Shown here: positions 8,601-17,679 of the stretch, one piece after another
Position numbering within the stretch: position 1 is the stretch's first letter
Layout of the letters: each line of letters starts with the position of its first letter
Source: a virus
Lineage: Duplodnaviria; Caudoviricetes
Strand: one strand, 5' to 3'
Length of the DNA stretch: 47,166 nt
Virus record (IMG/VR): IMGVR_UViG_3300027877_000008
Span: 1 to 47,166 of that record
Translations under genes and position numbers: made by a program
The notes under the pieces: generated by a model
What the model saw: only the letters and a program-made list of their open reading frames with translations
The model's database searches: none
Told to the model about the DNA's origin: nothing

Positions 8601-9238
8601 TGAAAGAACCTACAATTCGTAAACCAAAAGATCATGTATCCGTACCCAACGATCTTGGACCAGATTCTGAGACTAAAAAATCAGTTCCAACCCCTGGACG
8701 TATAAAGACTCAACCAAATAAGGAACAACATCAAAAACTAGCTCCTAAAGATCTTGGACCAGATTCTGAGACTAAAAAATCAGTTCCAACCCCTGGTATT
8801 ACTAAGGTAGAACATAATCCTAGAAGTCAACCTGGTGTGCGATTACCAGATAATGAGCTTGATCCTGATTCAGAGCCGAATACTCCGTTCGAAGATCCAT
8901 CATTAGGAGCAGTTCCACAAGTACATAAGGCCCAAACTAAGTCCCAAAGACAACAAGATATCGAATCTATATTTAGTATTATGGAGAATGCCGATAGTAC
9001 TAAATTTGAACATCTGTGTGATGAGTTAGTACAACGTGGACTATTTACCTCTGAAGATCAGGCAGTACATGCATATGAAACTTGGTTATCAAATCAAAAA
9101 GAGTATCATAGAGCTCAATCAATTTGCATGTGCGAAGGTCGGTCTTGTCAACACCCCACTGAATATCCTAATCCACCTACTCATTCGTCAATTGATGGTC
9201 CAGTCTGCCAATCTTGTGCAGCTAGAATAATGATGTAA
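5630..9238 (+). CDS. Large modular putative head/internal polyprotein (1202 aa)
   Basis: Acidic tracts, a ChaB-like helix (KAPPG...AFATAWSIYNK), three Cys clusters, DLGPDSE repeats and many [K/R]x[A/S][Q/S] motifs. Confidence 0.8.
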   Translation: MQTRAALQALSKGKHIYGDRVGSSLLDRSNKYIEDYNQIDNQILDRQESLIVSSQLPFVETLRRKVAKLMSEPNGDLPVITRYDLYTGIRKVSERAPSDIGLSKTTTLLERAWHQDPLGTMTYKVVSQLMNQIKDQYPRSKARDAIEAECARVGLHKLPVAKLARIASRIDNQSDYDLAMETHGFGGKRPEQIRARALVRGLVALRGKMMDSNESHPKNSQDIGELVGSKIARLQKEADYQLTLNMLTDAQALANKLNDLVDKASVEAHADGADDVGTGLAQLAEKMSAWVSELSAVGQQALPISEEQVDQSLPQKSETSEVPAKSQEQQDIEDAGIGPKKWYDPSTWFKKYPSTAGLLKNAQLVLNTINNDTLKYELNNFINRLSQFAPPNPAPEHEILETPGEEQLEHSLGVEVNPDLPDGQVTPMEVEEGVDVVEDIQDAADQIIQEAPPEALDYIDHETSEGHGAPPGTAQWGAEEILDEGHDAPPPTDQWLQEEMEEIKGGPVGGLRSMQPLNELPVTAKAPPGMEDVVMKLKKQYPGEPEKAFATAWSIYNKHKKNSQSKPGKCDCGEWLGDYDQCLAGPDCILEHISREDWEFAKANDRTDLEYEEWVQMMIGDTGDRPSEKQSARRPNHGNGIPVPGKIKTQPKVTTYAKEVGKDGGQVLKTSQIEDSLLSGNTVKIGNVSISINQQNEIELHNKTSGRACDLLHMDTAIADFIAMVKSDEMERKASRLDYVYDITQLVNVPCESCGDITLFEKAADIKTGQYGCLCGHRIAASTVDELMRLMPWTHTYELKVKYNNQPSRYVAIKVLQQTFPDVEVRDNKKFSILSSIINSASKLDVSTIHRIFKAANARPGRIRVAQMGQLGTDPPATVTPASGGSLTTTGPSASPIGESGLPPMDFNQVAQAAMTNYRAQGMTLPEALKSFMKEHGERWGEGPDNDSIFMTALTQTYGSSGAPATSQAAPPPQPTGPGMMASKHAADSKMKEPTIRKPKDHVSVPNDLGPDSETKKSVPTPGRIKTQPNKEQHQKLAPKDLGPDSETKKSVPTPGITKVEHNPRSQPGVRLPDNELDPDSEPNTPFEDPSLGAVPQVHKAQTKSQRQQDIESIFSIMENADSTKFEHLCDELVQRGLFTSEDQAVHAYETWLSNQKEYHRAQSICMCEGRSCQHPTEYPNPPTHSSIDGPVCQSCAARIMM
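8651..8796 (+). repeat. 47-bp exact direct repeat (8651-8697, 8750-8796) encoding DLGPDSETKKSVPTPG
   Basis: Direct sequence comparison. Confidence 0.95.
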
Positions 9239-9251
9239 TTTTGAGGGCACA

Positions 9252-11717
9252 ATGCAACTTACAGATAAAGCCTTCTATAATAAATCAGTAGAGCCTGAAC
9301 AACGACCGGCATCTAAATATTTTGGTTCCTCAGCCCAGATATTTGATTATATTATCAAAGAGGCTCAATCAACTACTAATGCCCAGGAATTAATTAAACA
9401 ATATGTATCTTCAACACCTGAATTAACATTGGTGGTAGAAGATGCTATTAAGGCTGGGGTATCTAAGGACGCAATTAAGGCCCACCTTATTTTCATGCGA
9501 GTGGATCTTAATGATGGAAAAACATATGAAGAGGCCGAGCGTAATTGCGTAAATGCAATCAATAAGGAGATCACCACTATACAAGATAGTACATCCGACA
9601 AGCGAGCTCAGGGTGGAGCCAATATGCTGGCGCCTCAGCAACAGCAATTAGATCAGACCCCAATTCAAGATAAAGTACAACAATTCAAGGATATTGGACT
9701 AAATGACCAACAGATTGAACAGGTAATGAAGACTGCTCAATCTAATACAGAGGATGAAGAATTATCAAGTGAGCAACCGAGTATTAGTGATCCGGATCCA
9801 AAGAAATTATTACAGGATAAGTCGTTAAAGCAGAAGCAAGCTGTTCTATTATCATTTATGTCATTTATATCTTCACTACACCAAAAATGGACACAATTAT
9901 ATAGTTTATTAAATAGTGCAGAGCATCCAGAACATACTATGACTAAAGAGGGGCCACGAACTGTTCCCCCAGAATATGGGACTAAAGCTGATAAACAATA
10001 TCTACGAAGAGAACTTGGTAGATTACAAGTTAAGATTTCTAAGGCCGGAAGTATGTGGAAACGGCTAATAAAGTTATTTGGTGAAGAAGAGATGCCTAAA
10101 GATGAATTATTAAAATGGCTAGATCAGATGCAATCTCAGATGCAAACTAGACCGGATCCAATGTTGCAACCATATAAACCAAAGAAAACATCTCAATATC
10201 TTGATAATTTAGATCAACTTGAAATGAAGGTGGAACAGGAAATTAGTGCTCTTGAAGGGGATAATAGATTAGCATCTGATGGAAATCAACCAGCCGGTAC
10301 CACCGCAAATCCAATGAATGGTCAACGAGATAGCCTATCAAGTACAGAATTAGAGGGTACAGGTAAGCTCGCGCAGCAAATGGTGCCACCACCAACTACC
10401 GCACCTGCCCCACAGACACAGAATCAGGGGATGCCGCCTCCCGACATTCAAGATGATATTGAGGACACTCGCACTTTACAAGAGGTGATTGAGGATCTTA
10501 AGAGAGATGTTAGTGTTGTTACCGAAAAGATTGAGAATGGGGAGACTATTTTAGATGGAGAAAGCATGGCTCCAGTTACTACTGATACGGGTGCTGTCCC
10601 TGCACCCGCCCCAATGGTTGCCGCAGAAGAGAAGATAGCGGTGGATCAGGCAGCTAAGGACTATTTCTCTGATTATTATGGATTATATGGAAATCAACTA
10701 ACTCATGATCGTATTGCTGAAATTGTGGATATGGTCGATGATGTGGCTCGTCAATACCAAGTAAAACTAACTACAGCCAAAGTAGGTAAAATTGCAACCT
10801 TTGTGAATCACAGTGGTATAGATGGAAAATTTGGTAATCATCCTAAATTAGCAGCTATTCTAGATCTTAATTTAATTAATTACTTGTTCAAGACTGGAAT
10901 GATTCACAATATTGAGGATCTTTATAAAGAACAGGTATTATCATCTAATCTACGGCGAGCAGCCATTTTGAGAGCTCCTGCGGCCCTTCGTGCTAAAGTT
11001 GATCAATGGTGTAAAGAAATTAAAATGATCCATATGGCAGAATTTAATAAAGAAGCTTTACCTAAAATGAAGCAGCCATCGGTTAAGGGTCAATCGGATG
11101 ATGCTGTAAAGATTGATGAGATTGGTGATAATGCTAATAATATAGATCATCTACTAGTTCGACCTAGCTATCTTCCTATGGAGATTGTTGATCAAGAGGT
11201 TGATGGTGCTTATTTGAAATTAACGATTGAATGGGATCCTAAGCATGATGCGGCCTGTCAATCTACTGATGGTTTGAGACAAAGTGTACTATCATTTGTT
11301 AAGGGTCTAGAATCAAATAAGGAATTTATTGATTATGGATTTCTCGGTCAAATTTCATTTGATGAATTTAATTCAAAGAATGGCATCGCGAAGGTGTCTA
11401 TACGAACCAAGAAACCTGGTGATGCACCTGGTCATGTGAAGACTACTCCAAAGAAAAAGGCACAATCATTAGCAAAAATGGCTCAACCTAATACTAAGAC
11501 TATAGCTGTTCTCGAAAACTTGAAAGAATCATGGTTATCAAATATCGACTCAACCTATGAACAGTGGCGCCAAGGTGTTGAAAATTTAAAAAGTAGGGGG
11601 CAGTTAGATCCTAATGATTCTACTAAATTATTACAGGTAGCATATCGAATCTCATATGAATTAACTACAGTAATACAGACATTGAAATCATCGTTTCTAG
11701 CCATGGTGATGCCATAA
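9252..11717 (+). CDS. Large modular putative head/internal polyprotein (821 aa)
   Basis: Six K-x-A-Q motifs (KEAQ, KRAQ, KTAQ, KLAQ, KKAQ, KMAQ) separate short modules. Confidence 0.8.
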   Translation: MQLTDKAFYNKSVEPEQRPASKYFGSSAQIFDYIIKEAQSTTNAQELIKQYVSSTPELTLVVEDAIKAGVSKDAIKAHLIFMRVDLNDGKTYEEAERNCVNAINKEITTIQDSTSDKRAQGGANMLAPQQQQLDQTPIQDKVQQFKDIGLNDQQIEQVMKTAQSNTEDEELSSEQPSISDPDPKKLLQDKSLKQKQAVLLSFMSFISSLHQKWTQLYSLLNSAEHPEHTMTKEGPRTVPPEYGTKADKQYLRRELGRLQVKISKAGSMWKRLIKLFGEEEMPKDELLKWLDQMQSQMQTRPDPMLQPYKPKKTSQYLDNLDQLEMKVEQEISALEGDNRLASDGNQPAGTTANPMNGQRDSLSSTELEGTGKLAQQMVPPPTTAPAPQTQNQGMPPPDIQDDIEDTRTLQEVIEDLKRDVSVVTEKIENGETILDGESMAPVTTDTGAVPAPAPMVAAEEKIAVDQAAKDYFSDYYGLYGNQLTHDRIAEIVDMVDDVARQYQVKLTTAKVGKIATFVNHSGIDGKFGNHPKLAAILDLNLINYLFKTGMIHNIEDLYKEQVLSSNLRRAAILRAPAALRAKVDQWCKEIKMIHMAEFNKEALPKMKQPSVKGQSDDAVKIDEIGDNANNIDHLLVRPSYLPMEIVDQEVDGAYLKLTIEWDPKHDAACQSTDGLRQSVLSFVKGLESNKEFIDYGFLGQISFDEFNSKNGIAKVSIRTKKPGDAPGHVKTTPKKKAQSLAKMAQPNTKTIAVLENLKESWLSNIDSTYEQWRQGVENLKSRGQLDPNDSTKLLQVAYRISYELTTVIQTLKSSFLAMVMP

Positions 11718-11741
11718 ATCTAATAATGGAATTGTTAATTT

Positions 11742-11948
11742 ATGGCTAGGTTCATTATACATAATAAATCTACCGCCCAAATTCAATTATTAATTCCGAC
11801 TAGTCATAATTCAGCAGCTTTGCTTATTCCCTCATCTGGATCGATCAATATTCTTCCATGGGTTGGCTCAATGGAAACATGTCGTCATATTGGATATATC
11901 AGAACATTGAAGTCACGTGGATTAGTTGATGTAATCGAGGAATTATAA
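11742..11948 (+). CDS. Hypothetical protein (68 aa)
   Basis: TAATG-coupled to the next gene; similar in layout to the 64-aa ORF at 5431. Confidence 0.65.
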   Translation: MARFIIHNKSTAQIQLLIPTSHNSAALLIPSSGSINILPWVGSMETCRHIGYIRTLKSRGLVDVIEEL

Positions 11949-12727
11949 TGTCAGATGCCTTGCAAGCTCCTCCGATTATATTCGAACGACGATGTAAGAT
12001 CTGTATTATGGGACAGACTCATTCAGATCTATTTAAGGACCTACATTTTAATGTGTTAGAAGTTGGTATGTCTCAGAATCGCGCAATGAATCAGCATAAT
12101 CGTCGAATTGATTCTGAGAATATTGACGCACCCAAATTGAATAATCAAAATATGTCTGTGCATTTTGCTAGCCACATTACTTTACCAGAGCGTGTTAATG
12201 TTGAGTTAGTTAAAGGATCACCTCAACAACCCGCACTACGTGAAGTAAATCCAGAGATGGGTGGATACATTGACGATCTCGTTCGACGTAAGGTCGGAAA
12301 CGAGGTTAGCGATTATTTAAATCTAGACCAACTTCGCGCCCGAATGATGCAAAAGCTAGAGGTGTTGGATGAAATTGTTGAGCGAGAACATGATGGTAAG
12401 CCAGTAATTGATCTAGAAGCCCTTAAGGACTATACTGTTCTAATCAAAGAAGTTAGAAGTACAATTATGGATCTTAATAAAATCAGATCTTCTAAGCAAT
12501 TGATGAATATCGTAATTCAATCTCTAATTGAGAAAGCTACTTTTACTATTGTACAACAGTTATCTAGGGAATACGAACAAGTTAAGAGAGATTTATTAGA
12601 TGCTGGTGTGGATCACGCAATTGTAATTAAAATTGATCAAAAACAACGAATTAAATTAGCTGAAATCGTAGCTCAAGTAGCGCGGCGGGCTGTTGAAGAC
12701 ACAATAAGAACTTATAAGCTCAATTAA
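11948..12727 (+). CDS. Hypothetical protein, candidate terminase small subunit (CxxC...H, helical C-terminus)
   Basis: RCKIC...HFASH N-terminal region, coiled-coil C-terminus, upstream of TerL. Function inferred. Confidence 0.4.
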   Translation: MSDALQAPPIIFERRCKICIMGQTHSDLFKDLHFNVLEVGMSQNRAMNQHNRRIDSENIDAPKLNNQNMSVHFASHITLPERVNVELVKGSPQQPALREVNPEMGGYIDDLVRRKVGNEVSDYLNLDQLRARMMQKLEVLDEIVEREHDGKPVIDLEALKDYTVLIKEVRSTIMDLNKIRSSKQLMNIVIQSLIEKATFTIVQQLSREYEQVKRDLLDAGVDHAIVIKIDQKQRIKLAEIVAQVARRAVEDTIRTYKLN

Positions 12728-13837
12728 ATGTTTAATAAACAATTAGGTAATTTACAGGATAAGATCGCTAGACAGCTTTTAGCGCAACATGGACCAGTGC
12801 TTGATACTCGTACTAATAATGGATGGTGGACTGAGTTAAAGGATAGACAAGATAAACTTGAGGCTGAGAAGAATGATTATGATCGATGTACAATAGGGTT
12901 TGGTGATGATCTACATACAATAGTTAGTTGCCAACTCGCCGATACCAATGAGCTCCAGACTATTGGTCTGAGTAAACATGCATTAATATCACCTAATGAG
13001 GGAATGATCTTCCCATATCCAACACCTCGTAAGGTTAGTTTCTGGATGTCAACTGTTCCATTCCCATTAGATATGATTTTCGTTGGAAGTGATGGGCGAG
13101 TTACCCGAAAAGTGGAGAATATTGAGCCAGGTGATCCAGGGCGATGGGGTATGGATCATATATCAGCAGTGATTGAAGTAAATGGAGGATTCTGCACATC
13201 TCATAAGATTGAGGTAGGTACGCCAGTTTACGAAATAGTAAATAATCAAAATAAAGATAGTGAATCTAAGATTGCTCAGGAACATTTTCCATCAGCACCT
13301 CGAAAGGATATTGATCCAAAACAATTGCCGCCTAATCCAACTCGAGAGCGATTTCTAAATCGAGACCTACTTGATCAACAGGTCAAAAATCAACCAATGA
13401 CACCAGATCGTAAAGAACAATATGGATACGATCCAGTTTCCCTACATGATGATCATGGGAACATAGCCCCAGTGAGGATGTCAATGTTAGTTAAACTAGC
13501 GGAAGTGAAAGGATTACAACCGGCATTTATGAACTCTAAGACTAATCAGATAATCAAGTCTCCAGGAGTTCATGACCTTTCATTGGTGCCATTGACTGAT
13601 GAAGATAAAATGAGGCTTGAAGATACTATGTCGTGGGCTAATAAGTTAAATAAATATACTGACTGGATTGATGGATTCGTAGATAGTACAGGTGAATTTT
13701 ATACGAGAGAACAGGCAGCCGATGCAATCTTCCCGGATGAACGGTTTCCATTAGTACTACACTCTCCATTTATTCCTAAGGAAAACACAGATCCGACCTC
13801 ATACCAACTACTACAACAACGTCGAAAGAATTATTAG
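12728..13837 (+). CDS. DUF192-domain protein with additional C-terminal modules
   Basis: GL...EGMIF...SFWM...PLDMIFV...G.V...VIEVNGG is the DUF192 signature. C-terminal GFVDSTGEFYTREQAA module. Confidence 0.8.
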   Translation: MFNKQLGNLQDKIARQLLAQHGPVLDTRTNNGWWTELKDRQDKLEAEKNDYDRCTIGFGDDLHTIVSCQLADTNELQTIGLSKHALISPNEGMIFPYPTPRKVSFWMSTVPFPLDMIFVGSDGRVTRKVENIEPGDPGRWGMDHISAVIEVNGGFCTSHKIEVGTPVYEIVNNQNKDSESKIAQEHFPSAPRKDIDPKQLPPNPTRERFLNRDLLDQQVKNQPMTPDRKEQYGYDPVSLHDDHGNIAPVRMSMLVKLAEVKGLQPAFMNSKTNQIIKSPGVHDLSLVPLTDEDKMRLEDTMSWANKLNKYTDWIDGFVDSTGEFYTREQAADAIFPDERFPLVLHSPFIPKENTDPTSYQLLQQRRKNY

Positions 13838-13858
13838 AATATTCATTAGGATACTTTA

Positions 13859-15646
13859 ATGGCAAATTTAAGTAATTATTTCTCTCGACCTGAACGTCTT
13901 CAACGTCGTTCCATGCGTTTAAGTCAATTTAAGAAAGTTGCTAATGGTTTCTCATCTAGACCGACTAACCGTCTCACTACTCAAAATATTGGATCTCGTG
14001 CATTAACTCTAGTGCATGATATTCTAGGTAATTATATTCTACCTTCGCGACCAAAATTATCTTACTCTATGGTTAGAGATGCTAGAGTAGCCAGTGGTAA
14101 TAATCTTGAGGAGGGCGTAATCACGATTCACGCTGATTTTCATACTAGGACCGGTGTACAAGTTGGGATTGACATACCTATTGAGGTTAGACAGGGACAA
14201 CTTTCAGAACCGTCAGTGGTCATACACGATGGAATTCCGCGGGTTATTGCACAATCTACGTTTGATGGCCTAACGACAGCCAATACATTCTATGAGACTT
14301 TACAACAACGAGAGATGTACGCCGCGCCATTCTCTCCGCAGATTCAAAAGAACATGCAAGAACGTCATATTAGGATGGAACGAGTTAATCAAGGTATGTT
14401 CTCACTTAAGGCTAATCAAGATACTTTGAGGGCTATTGTTCAAGGCAAATCTACCGCCGGGCAAGTATTAAGATGGCCAACAGATTCGAATTGTCGACAA
14501 GCTTCACCTGAAGACTATGATGCTGATGATCGTTATAAGAAACCAGATCCTGATCGCAACATTCAAGAGGGCGATGAATTAGATCCGGCCGAGCGGGACA
14601 ATCGAGACATTGAAGTGGGGGAAGATTACTCACTCACTGAAGCTATGGAAGTTAAGGAGAGAGGCGGGGTAGCCTATGACCTATCTAAAGGTGTCAAATG
14701 TACTGTCTTACGGGATCATGCTGGAGATAATAAATCATTTGTAGTAGAATTTGAAGACGGATTGCAGGCGATTGTAGAACGACGCTTCTTAAAGCAATCA
14801 GCTAAAAATATCGCACCTAAAAAGTTACCCAAGGACAAATTGGATATACCCAAGTTAAAGGGCCAACCAAAACCATGTAAGAAATGTCAAACTGGTACCT
14901 GTGAACGCCATCGTAAGAAGGCTCAGTCATTTGGTGTTTGTCTTAATTGCGGATGGAATGCCACCGATAAAACATGGGTAGATATGGTATATAATTGTCC
15001 AGATTGTGGCAATGAACTCCAGACTAATCTTAATGTGCATACAAGCGCATCAAATTTTTTAGATAAAGTTAGCCAAGAGGTAGATAAATTATATAATCAA
15101 GGGTTTACAGACATTGACGTGAAACTTGCGGTTCGTAGTAAATATGGAGATGAAGCAGTAACCGCACTATTTAATAAAACTGCGCAGGCCAATAGTATCC
15201 AGATTTATACTGGATGGGCGCTAGATCCTACTACCTATGAAGATTATAATTTTATTGGTAGACCTGTACGTAATATTAAACCACTAACTGATGAGCAGGA
15301 AGGATTCTCATTTGAATTATATATTCATGAGTCTAAACAATGGGTAACAGTCACATCACCTGAAGAACCTGAATTTGTTGGTGTAGTCGATGACTTAGAT
15401 GACCATCCTACTGAGCAGCTCTATACGCATTCTGATGATTTACTATCTCAACCAACTGATTCACCGAATGATAATCTAGATAATTTACGTGTAATAGATC
15501 AAGCATTTAGTGATGCTCAAGATATTAATGAGATAAAGCAAATTCATAGAGATTTTAATACCCCAAAGAAGATGCGTCCTTCTGACGAAGGTAAATTCCA
15601 ATATCCAGTAGTGCCATCTAGGAAGTTATCAACTAGTCATGTGTAG
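13859..15646 (+). CDS. Modular putative head protein (595 aa) with SH3-like and Zn-ribbon modules
   Basis: CKKC..C..H and CLNC...CPDC clusters; KKAQ, KTAQ, RVAS and RQAS motifs. Confidence 0.75.
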   Translation: MANLSNYFSRPERLQRRSMRLSQFKKVANGFSSRPTNRLTTQNIGSRALTLVHDILGNYILPSRPKLSYSMVRDARVASGNNLEEGVITIHADFHTRTGVQVGIDIPIEVRQGQLSEPSVVIHDGIPRVIAQSTFDGLTTANTFYETLQQREMYAAPFSPQIQKNMQERHIRMERVNQGMFSLKANQDTLRAIVQGKSTAGQVLRWPTDSNCRQASPEDYDADDRYKKPDPDRNIQEGDELDPAERDNRDIEVGEDYSLTEAMEVKERGGVAYDLSKGVKCTVLRDHAGDNKSFVVEFEDGLQAIVERRFLKQSAKNIAPKKLPKDKLDIPKLKGQPKPCKKCQTGTCERHRKKAQSFGVCLNCGWNATDKTWVDMVYNCPDCGNELQTNLNVHTSASNFLDKVSQEVDKLYNQGFTDIDVKLAVRSKYGDEAVTALFNKTAQANSIQIYTGWALDPTTYEDYNFIGRPVRNIKPLTDEQEGFSFELYIHESKQWVTVTSPEEPEFVGVVDDLDDHPTEQLYTHSDDLLSQPTDSPNDNLDNLRVIDQAFSDAQDINEIKQIHRDFNTPKKMRPSDEGKFQYPVVPSRKLSTSHV

Positions 15647-15666
15647 TATCTGGCTAGTGTTATATT

Positions 15667-17679
15667 ATGGCTACTGATTTAAATACTTTCTTGAGTGGAT
15701 TACAACAGAGTTTAGTCCAAACTGCTCAAACTCAAGCTATATTAATCCCTCAGAAGGATAGCCAGTTAGATTATTTTTGTACACCAGCACCCAATGCAAT
15801 TGAATGGGCGATCAGCCCTGAGTATGCCGATGTCCCAACAATCTATCATCATCGACGTCAATATCAAATAATTAGAGATTTTTTCCAACTACGCTGTCCT
15901 TTACCAACATGTAATAATCAAAGTGAAGAGTCAAAGGATTGTTGGAATAAGGAACGAGAATACCTAGAGAGTGAGAATCTATTAGTATGGTCATCTAAAT
16001 ATGAGGAAGATGTGTGTCCTCATTGTAATACTACTCGTTCAGAATTTCTTCAAGATGGATTATTGAAAATTTATAATCAAATGAATGTAGTGGCTGGAAT
16101 GCGAAGCGGCAAGACCGCAACAGCTGGGATTATTGGTACCTATATTGAGCATCGGGTAATAACTATTGGTCATAAAATACCTGGAGGACTATCACAATAT
16201 TTTAATAATCAATTACCAAAACAACCATTTGAAATTACTTTCATTGCGTCTACTGATGTACAATCAGCAGACACCATCTGGGCTAGGTTTACTAGTCTGC
16301 GCCAACAAAGTCAATGGATTCAGAAATATATTCGTTGGATTAAGGCTGAGGAGCTAAAGCAATCAACTCCTGATGGTGCCAAACCATGGACCTATGTTGA
16401 GCAAGACAAACAAATCGTCCATGGATTTCTACATCTTAAATTAAATAGTCTAAATTCTAACTCTGGTGGTATGGCAGGACGTACACGTCCAGCAGCTTTC
16501 GTAGATGAATTAGCTAGATTCGATAATACTGAGTCAAAGCGATCTGGAGATGAAGCATACCGAGTATTAGAGAACTCATTGCGTACCATCCGTACTCCTT
16601 CAATGAAGAATAAAGCAACACCTTGGCTAGGTACAATGGTTTCAATTTCATCTCCAATTTCAGAAGACGATAAATCTATGCGTCTATTACGACAAGCCAA
16701 TGAAATTAAAGGAATGTACTCAGGCCACTGGGCCACATGGGAATTTAATCCTGACCAACCTAAAGAGGCATTCGATGATGATTTCGCTAAGGATCCTATT
16801 GGAGCTATGCGAGACTTCGGAGCTAGACCTCCTACAGCAATTAGTCCACTCATTGTTGATCCTATGCGATTTCGAGAATTAGCTATTCAGAAGGATTTGT
16901 CGCCCACTACTCGCTTTAAACACATTGTTCACACCGATCCAACTGGGCGAGAATATGTTAGTGCGATTATAGAGAGCGCACAGTTATTACGAAATGGTGA
17001 ACGTTATATATGTTATGATGCAGGAGCTAGTTTTGATCAATTCGCTGGTGCTTGTGCTCATGGTGAATGGATACATACTCCAGAAGGTCGTCAATTAATC
17101 ACAGTCTTTGATTGGGTATTTAGACTAATCCCTGAGCGCCAACCTAAACGAGATGTGTGGTTCGATTTCGTGGTTAGTGCTGTCGAGCAATTAAGTAAAT
17201 ATTATTATATTGGACGGGTTGAATTCGATCGCTGGCAATCTACCTATTTAATTCAACAAATCCGTAATCGTGGCATACTCTGTGAAATGAAGTCTACAAC
17301 TGCCGATCAATTTATTAAACTTATAAATGATGTTACTTATGGTAAAGTACGAATGTTGCCACCAGATCCAGACGATCATAAACTAGATCCACCATTTATG
17401 AGTGCACCCGGACTAGCTTTCTACGAGCTAGAACATCTAGAACGATCGTCCGATCTTAAAAAAATATATAATCCTAAGAAAGGTCAAAGAAGAGGTTGGG
17501 ATTCAGATGACGTTGCTACTGTAGTCGCTCATGTAAATAATATGTGTCAGTCTGCAGTTATTGATGTTGGTAATTCAAATAGTGTTCAATCACGTCTACG
17601 TCGAGAGGCTGTAGGTTCATATGGGTGGGAGTCTGGTGGAACATTATTTAGACCAAGCATTAGCAAACGGAATTGGTAA
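15667..17679 (+). CDS. terL: Terminase large subunit
   Basis: Walker A AGMRSGKT, Walker B AFVDE, motif III SISS, nuclease acidic motifs CYDAG, FDRWQS and DSDD. Confidence 0.93.
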   Translation: MATDLNTFLSGLQQSLVQTAQTQAILIPQKDSQLDYFCTPAPNAIEWAISPEYADVPTIYHHRRQYQIIRDFFQLRCPLPTCNNQSEESKDCWNKEREYLESENLLVWSSKYEEDVCPHCNTTRSEFLQDGLLKIYNQMNVVAGMRSGKTATAGIIGTYIEHRVITIGHKIPGGLSQYFNNQLPKQPFEITFIASTDVQSADTIWARFTSLRQQSQWIQKYIRWIKAEELKQSTPDGAKPWTYVEQDKQIVHGFLHLKLNSLNSNSGGMAGRTRPAAFVDELARFDNTESKRSGDEAYRVLENSLRTIRTPSMKNKATPWLGTMVSISSPISEDDKSMRLLRQANEIKGMYSGHWATWEFNPDQPKEAFDDDFAKDPIGAMRDFGARPPTAISPLIVDPMRFRELAIQKDLSPTTRFKHIVHTDPTGREYVSAIIESAQLLRNGERYICYDAGASFDQFAGACAHGEWIHTPEGRQLITVFDWVFRLIPERQPKRDVWFDFVVSAVEQLSKYYYIGRVEFDRWQSTYLIQQIRNRGILCEMKSTTADQFIKLINDVTYGKVRMLPPDPDDHKLDPPFMSAPGLAFYELEHLERSSDLKKIYNPKKGQRRGWDSDDVATVVAHVNNMCQSAVIDVGNSNSVQSRLRREAVGSYGWESGGTLFRPSISKRNW

